DNA of 64,000 nucleotides from Tubulanus polymorphus. Its lineage: Eukaryota > Animalia > Nemertea. The position numbers and the translations under genes were made by a program. The stretch covers positions 2,418,001 to 2,482,000 of the forward strand of contig NC_134025.1 in the NCBI RefSeq assembly GCF_964204645.1, read 5' to 3'. The first letter of the stretch is position 1; every line of letters starts with the position of its first letter. Positions 32,431 to 42,200 of this stretch are shown piece by piece. A model generated the notes under the pieces. The model saw only the letters and a program-made list of their open reading frames with translations. It was not told the origin of the DNA and did no database searches.

Positions 32431-35400
32431 TTAACCCTTTGATTTAAGGTACCGGCCCATTTCTAACCAGTAGCCTTTCCTCATGTTAATCCGGGACCGA
32501 ACTTCGCGACATTTCTGGCAATTTTGGATCAGTTCTATATCAAAAATGTTGTTCTGCTCAATCTTGTCCGAGGCGACTGGAGGTCCTATAAGTGTGTTTG
32601 GATCCACCAAAGGGTCTGAGGCCCTATTTTGGTTGGCTAGCGAATCATCGTTATTGACTGTACATGAGTTTACGAACCGACTAGGGCGCCTGATCCCTAC
32701 TCTGGGCCTGAGTCTTCTGTGCCCCTCAGTGTTTGTAATGTTCAAAGGCCCAGGCTTGGAGCGGTTTTGAGTAGGAGGCTCGCGATGGTTTTGGGTAGGG
32801 TTTGTTACAAGAGGTTCTTGAATAACTGCCGTTGTCTCGGGGTGTGACCGTGTCCAGACACAGTCTTCATCTTCCTCCCCCTCGTCGTCATTGAGGGTTG
32901 GTTGCTCCTCGGGATCGGTCATTTTAACCGGTTCCTGTCTAGGTTTTTTATGACCTATGGTCACGGTCTCACTAGACAGGAAGCACGGTTTCATATCATT
33001 GAAGTGCACAACCCGCTTTCTCTTCACCGCCCTCGGATCGGCGCCTGGTTCCAGGACAACCCTGTAATTCACCTCCGATAGTCTCTCGGTCACGACGTAA
33101 GGCCCTTTCCATTTCCGGTGGAACTTAGATGCCTCGTCCTTCTTCAAGAAATGGCTCATCAGCCACACGCGATCCCCGACCTTGTAACCCCCGCGTTTTG
33201 CGAAACGGTCATAGTCCATTTTCTGACGCCTTTGTGCCATCACTAGTCGATCACGAACAATGTTGTGTGACTTAGTGAGGCGGTCAGAGAGGTCCATGCC
33301 ATACTTAGTCCTTGGTTGGTGGTCCTCGGGCAAGCCTACGCTGATGTCGATTGGTAGTGACATTTCCTCGGCGTACATCAAGTAGAACGGCGTTTCAAGA
33401 GTGGAGTGCTGGACGCTTGAACGAAATGCCATCAAACACGCTGGTAGTTCCTCGTCCCAGTTTGTTCCACACTCATTGACGGCTGTAGTCAGCATGGCCT
33501 TCAGGGACTTATTGAAATTTTCCACCTGCCCATTGCCCATAGGATGGTAGGCAGTGGTTCTGGTCTTTTCAATAGCCAAGATCCTACACATCTCCATGAA
33601 AACTTTCGACTCGAAGTTCGTGCCTTTGTCCGAGTGGATGGATTCAGGGCAGCCGTAACGGGTGACCCACTCGTTCACAAGGGCACGTGCCACCACGGAG
33701 GCCTTTTCCGTGCGAATTGGCCATGCTTCGGGCCACTTAGTGAATGCATCTTGAGCCACTAGAATGTAGACATTGCCGCGGCGGGTTCTCGGTAATGGGC
33801 CCACGATGTCTATATGTACACGCTGGAAGCGTCGCCCTACCGGTGTAGACATCATTGGGGCTTTTGGTAGTTTGGACGGGGACTTGCACTCTTGGCAAGT
33901 TTTGCAGCCCCGAACAAAATCCCTGACCCTAGCTGAGAGGCCTAATACCCAGAATCTTTCCCTAATTTTGCACTCTGTCTTTTTGGTACCGAGATGTTTC
34001 CCGGCAAATCCCTGATGTATGACTCCTATGGTTCCATCAGTCAGTGAAATGGGTAGTACCACTCGGTGTCTCGTTGAGGTAGCCCCCGGAAGTGGTTTAA
34101 GCGCAAGAATGCCATCTAAAAGCTCTAGACGCTCAACCAGACTATAGAGGCTCCTCGCTGTTCTACCACACCGTTGTAGCCGTTTCTTGTCCTTGACCCC
34201 ATCTCCGGCCAAGAACTCCCTAATTTCTGATATTTCGGGGTCATTTACTTGCGCCTCGATTATTTTGTTCCTGGACAAGCCAGTGGAGTGCGCTGTCAAA
34301 TCGCCCTGATGTTTTGCAGTCACCTGGTATATAGATGGACCAGTGTCACCACAAGTTGGGCAGTCCCCATGTTTCCTCTGTCTCTTAGGGATGCGAGACA
34401 GGGCGTCTGCGTTCAAATGTTTGCTTCCAGCTCGATGTTCGATCACGAAATCATATTCCGACAGGCGTTCAAGCCACCGAGCCACTTGGCCCTCAGGGTT
34501 TTTGAAGGTTTGTAGCCACTTGAGTGCTGCGTGGTCTGTGCGAACTTTGAATTTCCTGCCTAGTAAATGGTGGCGGAAGTGATCAATCATGTCAACCAAG
34601 GCCAACATTTCGCGCCTGGTGGCACAATAGTTCTCCTCTCCACCTTTCAGCGTGCGGCTACTGTACTCGATCACTCTCTCAGAACCATCGTGTTGTAGTT
34701 GTGACAGCACCCCTCCGATAGCCCAGTTAGAGGCGTCACAGTCCAAAATGAACTCTCCAGCACCCTCCGAGAAATCTGGGAATGCCAGGATAGGGGAGCT
34801 GGTCAGCTTTTCTTTCAGTCCGTCAAACGCTAGTTGTTGCTTGAATGTCCAGACGAATGGTTCATTTTTCCTCGTAAGGCGGTGTAGCGGGGCTGTCAAG
34901 TCGGCGAAATCCTTGATGAATTGTGAGTAATATGTCACAAGACCAAGGAAACTACGCAGTTCGGTAACTGACGTTGGGGTCGGCCAATCCCTGACTCTAT
35001 CGCATTTGGCACCGTCGGTTTCGACACCGGCCTCGCTTACTACATGCCCCAAAAACTTGAGGCGCCGCTGGAAAAGCGAGCACTTCCTCGGTTTTAGCTT
35101 GAGACCGGCTTTCTGAAAGCAACGAAATACCTCTTGTAATCGCGTCAGATGGGTTGGTAGATCATGACTAAACACTACTACATCATCCAGGTAGATAAGG
35201 CATGTTTTCCATGCAACATCATCCAGTACCATTGCCATCAGTCTGCTGAATGACGCCGGGGCATTACAGACTCCAAACGGCATGACATTCCACTCAAATA
35301 GATGGTTTTCAGTCGTGAATGCGGTCTTATGTTTGTCTGATTCCTTTATTGGGACCTGCCAGTATCCGCTAGTTAAATCGAGGGACGAGAACCAGGTTGC

Positions 35401-37050
35401 GCCCGATAAAGCCTCTAGGGTACTGTCTATTCGACCTAATGGGTGAGCGTCTTTGACTGTTGCGTCATTGAGTCGGCGGTAATCGCAGCATAGACGCAGG
35501 GAACCGTCGGCCTTTTTCGCTAGAACTATTGGGCTTGACCACGGGCTGGTGGATGGCCGGATCAAGTCGTGTTCTAAAAGCTCCTTGGTCGTCCCCTCAA
35601 CAAAAGCTCTCCTACCGGGGGGTAGCCGACGGGGATGTTGTTTTATCGGTGGGTGGTCACCGGTGTCAATCTCGAATTCAAGCGAATCTGTTCGACCAAT
35701 GTCGAAGTCTCCCATCGAGAATACTGACTTTAGCTCCCGTATGATGTCAACAAGCTGTGTTTTCATGTCAGTGGGGATTTCAAGCTGGTCGATTTTCAAT
35801 TCTCTCAAGAGGTCCTTGAATTCAGTATTGTCATCACCCTGCAGCTGGATTTTTGGAGTTGACGGGTTTTGAGCATGGTCGTCGACAGTCATGATGTCAA
35901 CTGACTGTAGGGGGCAGAATAGACCAATAGTCTGGCCCCTGTCGACTCTACAAGCCTCATCCGAGAAGTTAGCCAGCCGAACCGGTATCTGGTTTGCCTC
36001 CGGTACCACCAGTGTTTTCCCAGTGCAAAAATTATTCCGTCCACAGCTGCTGATCATCCCTGAGGTCGAATTATTATGAGCATAACTCCGTTTCATGTAT
36101 CCATTTACCACCACCTCGGATCCAGCTGGAATGATTTGGCTCTTACTGATAAACACCCTGCAAGCGCTCGCGCGTTTGGGGCTCTGGCGGACAGGCACCT
36201 CGCTGAGGCTTCCGAAGCGGAGCACTTTGTTACGGTAATCTATGTTGCAGCCATATTTCTCGAAGAAATCACTTCCAAGCAAGCAGTCTTGTGCCAAATC
36301 CTCACTGACGATCATGGGGACATGAAATTCTTCAGTTCCAACTTTCAGACATACATCAGCTAATCCACGTAACTCCATTGGCTGACCGGTAGCCGTTGTC
36401 ACGATTCCTTCGATTGGCCTCAGTGCAGCGGCTTCACCAGTCGGGCTGCTAGAGTCCCATACCGAACCTCTAATGATTGTGCAGGAGGCACCAGTGTCCA
36501 GGAGTACCACCGCTTTCGAATGGTCATTTACTACGGCATCACAGAAAAGGCCCGAGGCGTGGAGCCTCACTGTTCCGATGTTTGTAACTAAGCTCGTCTG
36601 GGCTGGTTCTGTCCCTGTTGTTTGAACCTTGGTGTCGCGCAACTTGTGACAAGTGTTTTCCGTAGCCGGACTGGGAGCCTCACTGTTCTCCGAAGGGTCA
36701 CGTCGATTTTCTTCTATACTTTGGGTATGTTGTGGTGGTCTAACAGTGATGGTTCTAGTAGGATGCAGACCATCAGTAGGTGTATCTCCACTAGAATCAC
36801 ATGCCGGGCCAGCAACCACATATCCATCTTGAGGTGTCGTTTGAATATGGTTTGATGGTCTCACGGTGGTGGGGCTAGTATGATGGTAACCATCAATAGG
36901 TGCATCTCTACTTGCATCGCACGTTAGACCATTTGCCGTATTCATCCGATTTTTCCTACGTCTTGCGGGGGGTATATACAGCGGTACAGGGGGGACTATT
37001 TCCTGATGGGGTTTCCACTGCCCCCCTGAAAACCCCGCTTCTCGTTTCCC
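32431..37050 (-). CDS. pol: Gypsy Pol (protease, RT, RNase H, integrase), expressed by -1 frameshift
   Basis: LLDTGA, YLDD, DCDAS...TDH, HHCC zinc finger (H..H..CKTC), D-D-E core and WKGPY. The reading frame is open upstream of ATG 36945 as far as the slippery sites. Confidence 0.97.
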   Translation of the reverse strand, partial: GKREAGFSGGQWKPHQEIVPPVPLYIPPARRRKNRMNTANGLTCDASRDAPIDGYHHTSPTTVRPSNHIQTTPQDGYVVAGPACDSSGDTPTDGLHPTRTITVRPPQHTQSIEENRRDPSENSEAPSPATENTCHKLRDTKVQTTGTEPAQTSLVTNIGTVRLHASGLFCDAVVNDHSKAVVLLDTGASCTIIRGSVWDSSSPTGEAAALRPIEGIVTTATGQPMELRGLADVCLKVGTEEFHVPMIVSEDLAQDCLLGSDFFEKYGCNIDYRNKVLRFGSLSEVPVRQSPKRASACRVFISKSQIIPAGSEVVVNGYMKRSYAHNNSTSGMISSCGRNNFCTGKTLVVPEANQIPVRLANFSDEACRVDRGQTIGLFCPLQSVDIMTVDDHAQNPSTPKIQLQGDDNTEFKDLLRELKIDQLEIPTDMKTQLVDIIRELKSVFSMGDFDIGRTDSLEFEIDTGDHPPIKQHPRRLPPGRRAFVEGTTKELLEHDLIRPSTSPWSSPIVLAKKADGSLRLCCDYRRLNDATVKDAHPLGRIDSTLEALSGATWFSSLDLTSGYWQVPIKESDKHKTAFTTENHLFEWNVMPFGVCNAPASFSRLMAMVLDDVAWKTCLIYLDDVVVFSHDLPTHLTRLQEVFRCFQKAGLKLKPRKCSLFQRRLKFLGHVVSEAGVETDGAKCDRVRDWPTPTSVTELRSFLGLVTYYSQFIKDFADLTAPLHRLTRKNEPFVWTFKQQLAFDGLKEKLTSSPILAFPDFSEGAGEFILDCDASNWAIGGVLSQLQHDGSERVIEYSSRTLKGGEENYCATRREMLALVDMIDHFRHHLLGRKFKVRTDHAALKWLQTFKNPEGQVARWLERLSEYDFVIEHRAGSKHLNADALSRIPKRQRKHGDCPTCGDTGPSIYQVTAKHQGDLTAHSTGLSRNKIIEAQVNDPEISEIREFLAGDGVKDKKRLQRCGRTARSLYSLVERLELLDGILALKPLPGATSTRHRVVLPISLTDGTIGVIHQGFAGKHLGTKKTECKIRERFWVLGLSARVRDFVRGCKTCQECKSPSKLPKAPMMSTPVGRRFQRVHIDIVGPLPRTRRGNVYILVAQDAFTKWPEAWPIRTEKASVVARALVNEWVTRYGCPESIHSDKGTNFESKVFMEMCRILAIEKTRTTAYHPMGNGQVENFNKSLKAMLTTAVNECGTNWDEELPACLMAFRSSVQHSTLETPFYLMYAEEMSLPIDISVGLPEDHQPRTKYGMDLSDRLTKSHNIVRDRLVMAQRRQKMDYDRFAKRGGYKVGDRVWLMSHFLKKDEASKFHRKWKGPYVVTERLSEVNYRVVLEPGADPRAVKRKRVVHFNDMKPCFLSSETVTIGHKKPRQEPVKMTDPEEQPTLNDDEGEEDEDCVWTRSHPETTAVIQEPLVTNPTQNHREPPTQNRSKPGPLNITNTEGHRRLRPRVGIRRPSRFVNSCTVNNDDSLANQNRASDPLVDPNTLIGPPVASDKIEQNNIFDIELIQNCQKCREVRSRINMRKGYWLEMGRYLKSKG

Positions 37051-37059
37051 TGGTTTCCC
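36987..37059 (-). promoter_or_regulatory. -1 ribosomal frameshift signal (G GGA AAC x2 + pseudoknot)
   Basis: In-frame G GGA AAC at 37059-53 and 37050-44; 7-nt spacer; stem GGGGTTTTCA/TGGAAACCCC; loop GGGGGG complementary to downstream CCCCCC. Confidence 0.85.
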
Positions 37060-38114
37060 TTAGGTAGGTGGCAGTTACTTGAATAGTGACCACTCCCCCC
37101 GCAATTATAGCATTTAACTTGTGGGCACAAGTTTTTGGGATGGTCTGCATCCCTGCAACGCCAACATTTGTCATCGGCGGGTGGTCGACGATTGCCATTA
37201 CCAGAGACAACTGCTTCCAAATGGCCTACTCGAGTCATCAGCGTTCCCATCATCGACTTCAATTCGTCGAGTTGTTTGGTTATGGCTGAGCTAGTCGAGT
37301 CGAGCTGGGTCTGGTTAACGGATACTTTTTGTTTATGAGTCGTGCCCTCAGTCAACCGTCTCGCTGTTTCCAGAGTCCGTGCTTGAGCGACTGCTGCAGC
37401 CAACGAACTTGGCTGGGCTGCATACATTGACTGCTTCGCTGAGACGGGTAGGCTATTACCTTTAAGGAATTGGTCTTTGGCCAATTCATCCTGCAGCTCG
37501 AAGGCAATGCCAGGGTATGCGTTCCTTGCCAGCTCTGCTAACTCGTCGGCATAGCGTTCCACAGATTCAGTTGTCTTTTGGTCCCTCCCTTTCAACAACA
37601 TCTTAAAGTCATCCACAGTCTTTGTTTGTTGGAAACGGGATGATAGCCGCCGACAGAAATCATCATACGACAGGCTCGAGTCGAGACGTAGGTTCGAGAC
37701 AGCCTGGTATGCCTCATGGTCAAGTCGCATCATCAGGTGTGATTTACGCTGTTCGCCCCCGTTGATGCGAGAACTAATCTGGGCCAGGTCAGCGAACGCG
37801 TCAAACCTTTCGAGCCAAACGCGGAAATTGTGTCCCATGGTATAGGGCTTGGGTGCCGGAATATTGTGCATTTTCGGGGTGGGTGCATCTCTCGTCACGA
37901 CCCTCTCCATCACTTCAGTCAGTCGCTGGAGGATGGAATCCTCAGATGTTTTCAAATTTTCGGCTTTTGTCTTCGTTGGACGGCCACGTTTTGGTTTTAA
38001 CGAGAGGTTACCCTCCCCACTAACCAGGAGGTCATGATGTGCAGCTCCGGCCGTTGGTGACATAGGCCTAGATAAGGCCAAGGGCTCACACACATCATTC
38101 TCAACATCCGACAT
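36996..38114 (-). CDS. gag: Gypsy Gag with two CCHC zinc knuckles
   Basis: Capsid-like QKTTESVERYADELAELARNAYP; CWRCRDADHPKNLC and CYNCGGSGHYSSNC. Confidence 0.95.
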   Translation of the reverse strand: MSDVENDVCEPLALSRPMSPTAGAAHHDLLVSGEGNLSLKPKRGRPTKTKAENLKTSEDSILQRLTEVMERVVTRDAPTPKMHNIPAPKPYTMGHNFRVWLERFDAFADLAQISSRINGGEQRKSHLMMRLDHEAYQAVSNLRLDSSLSYDDFCRRLSSRFQQTKTVDDFKMLLKGRDQKTTESVERYADELAELARNAYPGIAFELQDELAKDQFLKGNSLPVSAKQSMYAAQPSSLAAAVAQARTLETARRLTEGTTHKQKVSVNQTQLDSTSSAITKQLDELKSMMGTLMTRVGHLEAVVSGNGNRRPPADDKCWRCRDADHPKNLCPQVKCYNCGGSGHYSSNCHLPKGNQGNEKRGFQGGSGNPIRK

Positions 38115-38338
38115 AATTACTATTCTTTTATATAAATGACACAGAAAATACAGGACCGCAAATAAATGTAGGGGAAACAGGCACTTAAAAATACTAAATA
38201 TGTACTAGGAATTACGAAGTAGGTAAAAAAAAATACGTTAAGTACACACAAAAAGTAACAGTAATTTACACAGACTAAACGGAGAAAAACGTGTTCACCG
38301 CTTCAACTCAATTTCAACTGGTTTTTTCACAATCAAAT

Positions 38339-38356
38339 CCCACTACGCTGCCACCA
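38339..38356 (-). promoter_or_regulatory. Primer binding site (tRNA-Leu-like)
   Basis: TGGTGGCAGCGTAGTGGG lies 2 nt inside the 5' LTR and resembles the complement of the tRNA-Leu 3' end (TGGTGGCAGCGGTGGG). Confidence 0.75.
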
Positions 38357-38358
38357 GA

Positions 38359-38550
38359 TGTAACGAGGTCCTATTCTGCCTGTTCCACAGTAGAAGTTTC
38401 CTCCAAATATCGACTCTGAGAGCCCAAAAACCAGTAAAAAGGCGGACAAAAGATATTAACACAATCACCTATTGTTCTGTATTTTCGAGAGAGAGGGCAG
38501 CACCCTCCAGTTACAACATAGAAAACGACTGATGGACATATTCCATCACA
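38359..38550 (-). repeat. 5' LTR
   Basis: Identical by eye to 30644-30835. Confidence 0.97.
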
Positions 38551-39245
38551 AAACCATTTTACAGTTGCTAGCCGCCATTTTGTTAGGGTACTTTTGTCCC
38601 GTATTGTTGGGTCATTTTTTTCTCTTTTTTTAAAAACTATCCGTGATGTGTGTTGTATCATATTTCATCTGTCCATGGATGGATTTTGACAGTTTCAGCA
38701 ACATTCAAACCGCATAAATCTCTAGTTTTCAGTTATGTAAAAATCATTTTTTAAATTTGCAACAATGCGACGTGAGAGCGATATAAAAATTGGCGGTCAG
38801 TTTTTGCCGTGCGCATAGAAATCAAGGGTACTAAACTTTGAAGTTCGTTATTTTCAGAAATAATTTTCTAAAAAATCCAAGCATTTCAAGAACTGTGCGC
38901 ATAAATGCCCTCTTTCATGTGAACTTTGAAATTTTAAGATAACTTGCCTAGTTATTTTCCTATGGCTCTTTAACTGCAGCGCGTGTATTGTCATTCCGAG
39001 ATTCGGCGCTGTTTTCTTTGCGTGTATTTCAGTATATGGGTGTTATTTCTTCATTTTCACTACACTTGTCTCTACGGAAAATGGTTTTAATTGTTGGTAC
39101 TGAGGTTTGAGGTCTGAGGTTTGAAAGCGGGAACCAGTCTAGGTCACTTGCCAGAGGTCAAATTGATGGAGTTCATTCACCGACACCGGGAAACTCAGAA
39201 ATGAACTGATTCCGTTGTAAAATAGATAGTGAATGTAATAAATGA

Positions 39246-42200
39246 ATGATGATGATTAGTCAGAGATTGTATACTACTACAGTAACTGGTACTGGTGGTG
39301 GTGCTGTTAATACGATCAATCCAGGTCTGTCAGTGTCTGCTGTCAATTCGATATTTGCAAAACTACCGCTGAGCTTTATCAATCATACTATACTAACTTA
39401 AAAAAATAAATTCAAATTCAAGGGAATTTTATTCGAGATAGGCATCTTATTCTTTAGTGAGTGACCTAATCGATGGTGGTAAGCTTTTTTTATAATCGGA
39501 TGGGCTTATACCATATATGTGGTTTGTGAAAATATCCGATCGTGAAACTAAACCACAGTCGGGTTACTGACTACTTATTCTTGATCTAGAGCTAGGCTTA
39601 GTCGGTAACCTGTCTGTGGTTTAGTTTCACGATTGCATATTTTCACAAACCACATATGGTATAAGCCCATCCGATTATAAAAAGCTTACCACCAATGATT
39701 AGGTAACTAACAGGGCTAGGCTGAATCTGCCTGTTGCATTTTAATGAACTGCCTATTGCATTTTATAAGTTAGATCACTTTTATAGGCTAATTTATCTAA
39801 ATACATCGGCCCAATCAATTCCGTCTATGCGTAATTCATTTCTGCTGGTCGGTCGGTAGGCCTACTTTTGATATTTCAAACCTAGTCCCTACCTTGGCTC
39901 AACCCTGCCACTTTTATATGGGAATTCACCTTCCATGGTCTTTACCCAACTCACCTTAAAAATTGACTTATGAATGATTTTGAAGAATGATGTGATTTGT
40001 ATTTTTTTTAGATGCGCGATACTGGAACGAGCTGAAGGAATTGTACAATGTTATCGATTGCTGTATATTCAAAAAGCAAACTAGTGCTACTAGTTCTATT
40101 TATGACTTGGAGATGGTTTTGAAGAAACATAAAGTGGATTTTTCTCAAATAAATTGCTACCCGGTAATAAATTGCTATCAGTGCAGGAAGGAACCATTCA
40201 TAATGTACGGCAGTGCATCTATAATGTTCAGGGTCCAAAATAGCCACTACTTGTGTTCATAACGCTTAAAAATGAATAAAACCTGGAGAGGGAGATTGAG
40301 TTTTACTTAGGCTCTTCGTTTTTGGCTAAATGTTTATTTTGAATATTTTTCATATCTTCGAAAAAGGGTAAAAATGCAGCGCGCAGAAAGGAAGTTCAAC
40401 GAGCTTCAACTGATGGAATATCCATTCAAGGACAGCAGGGAAAACAGTCTTTATCTTCAGCATTCATCGATGAAACTCTCATATTCAGTGATCTGTTTGA
40501 TTTAAATGAATACGCCGCTGTTGAGTTGTTAATTGCTGGTAAGATCCGAGATTTTAGACTTAACCCTTTCAGTGCTGGCTAATTAATACCCTATAGTGCT
40601 GAAGATAATTTGAAAATTCTGAAAAATTCCACCCTAGTGTGTTGAATAACGGGAATACCACTATAGTGCGTCTACACCGCGGTGCAGTGTATCGTTAGTT
40701 ACTAATATTTCACTATGTTTGACAGGTGCTGCCATCTTTCAAGAGAGATAATTAGTAATTACTAATTAAATCGATACACCGCAGTGCGGTGTACTAGCAA
40801 AATCCATCACTGATTCGTACACTGCACTGCGGTGTAGACGCACTGAAAGGGTTAATGAAAATTTCATATCGGTTGATGACGTATCCGGGCATGAAAACTT
40901 ACCTCGATCACTTTTGATGATTAAATGTGATCAGAACTTCATCCGAGACATTTTCAAATGAACTGCATATATACATATTATTAAGTGATTATCAATGAGG
41001 AGAGAATCCCACAATGATAAATGATTATTCCTGAAGATGACTATTAGGATATAGTCGAAACGTTGAAATAAACTACTATCTCGAAGTTTCATTTTCGGAC
41101 TTTTTATTATCATTGTGGGATTCTCTCCTCATCGCGTCAACACGGATATAGTGTTCTACCAATCGTGATTATCAATATATGGTGCTGTTGCGATGAAGAG
41201 GTTGTTTCTAGGCTGAAGCGGTGGCATAGATAACCATTGATCTGGCTGCAGTCAGTTTGATAAATCATTGATTGATTTGATTTCAGGTGAGAATCAGCAG
41301 CAGTATTTTCCTGGTTTAACTCGTGGACTCGTAGCTGTTTTATTGTATTACGACGGTAAACGAAGTTTGATCAATAGTCTACGTACGTTGATTCAAGCTC
41401 GTAGCGGTCACACGTGGACTCTAGGATTAGCTCCTGATCTCGTTCCCGTCATTATGTCGTTCACGAAAGAACTATTCGAGAATCAATTGTCGAATAAGAT
41501 ACTCGGTAAGTCTTGTGGCAGACATGTTTGTTTTCGTGGAAAATATGAATTTCTATTCGTCGTGAATGATTTATTTTTGCCCTCAGATCATCTGAACAAG
41601 TTGGAATTGACGACTGAACTGGAGAGGTTGGAAAAGAGTCGAGGTCTCGGCAATGCGAAACATCGAAAACAGGTAATAGATTTATAGTGGCAAGTGAGGA
41701 TCCACCAGGTGTCACTAGTAGTTACTAAGGTTTTTCGCATCGCTACATTTCAATAATAATTGAACAAATCTTTCTCATTAGTAAATGAACTATAAATTAA
41801 ACTATGCCAAACACTGATTAGGAAAATCAATGTACGTAATATGAATTTTGGATTCTGGCGCTTAAATGTGATTATGTTAATCCTTTAGTCAGCGCCGCAT
41901 TAAAATCAGTGCGAATATATTAAATTTAAACAATTCATGTGACTGGTATATTTGTTTAAATTCAGGTGACTGATATCATCGAAGAAATCCGAGTTTCGTT
42001 GGCGGAATGTTTGTTTAATTGGTCGTGTCAAACTGGAATGGAAAAAACCGATGTGGTTTCGATCATAAAACATCTTCGCACGAACACGGAGATAAACAGT
42101 GACGGCACTTTGAATTCGGTCACTATCTGTTTACTGATGGCTGTATTGTACAGTTTCGATGTTAGTATGTTAGATGATGAATCGGAAGGTAAGATATTTT

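Larger units (their letters stand above)
30644..38550 (-). mobile_element. Full-length Ty3/Gypsy LTR retrotransposon
   Basis: Two 192-bp TG..CA LTRs, TSD aaac (30640-43, 38551-54), PBS, PPT, gag, PR-RT-RH-IN pol order and a third ORF. Confidence 0.98.

Noticed and set aside
36956-37210. 84-aa ORF overlapping the gag end as a possible frameshift route
   Set aside because: It is the +1 frame and stops before pol; the -1 frame is the one continuous with pol.
31661-38037. Many short + strand ORFs inside the Gypsy element
   Set aside because: Antisense to gag, pol and ORF3 in GC-richer sequence, with no recognisable motifs.
38371-38661. 96-aa ORF across the 5' LTR
   Set aside because: It spans the host-LTR junction by chance and has no motifs.
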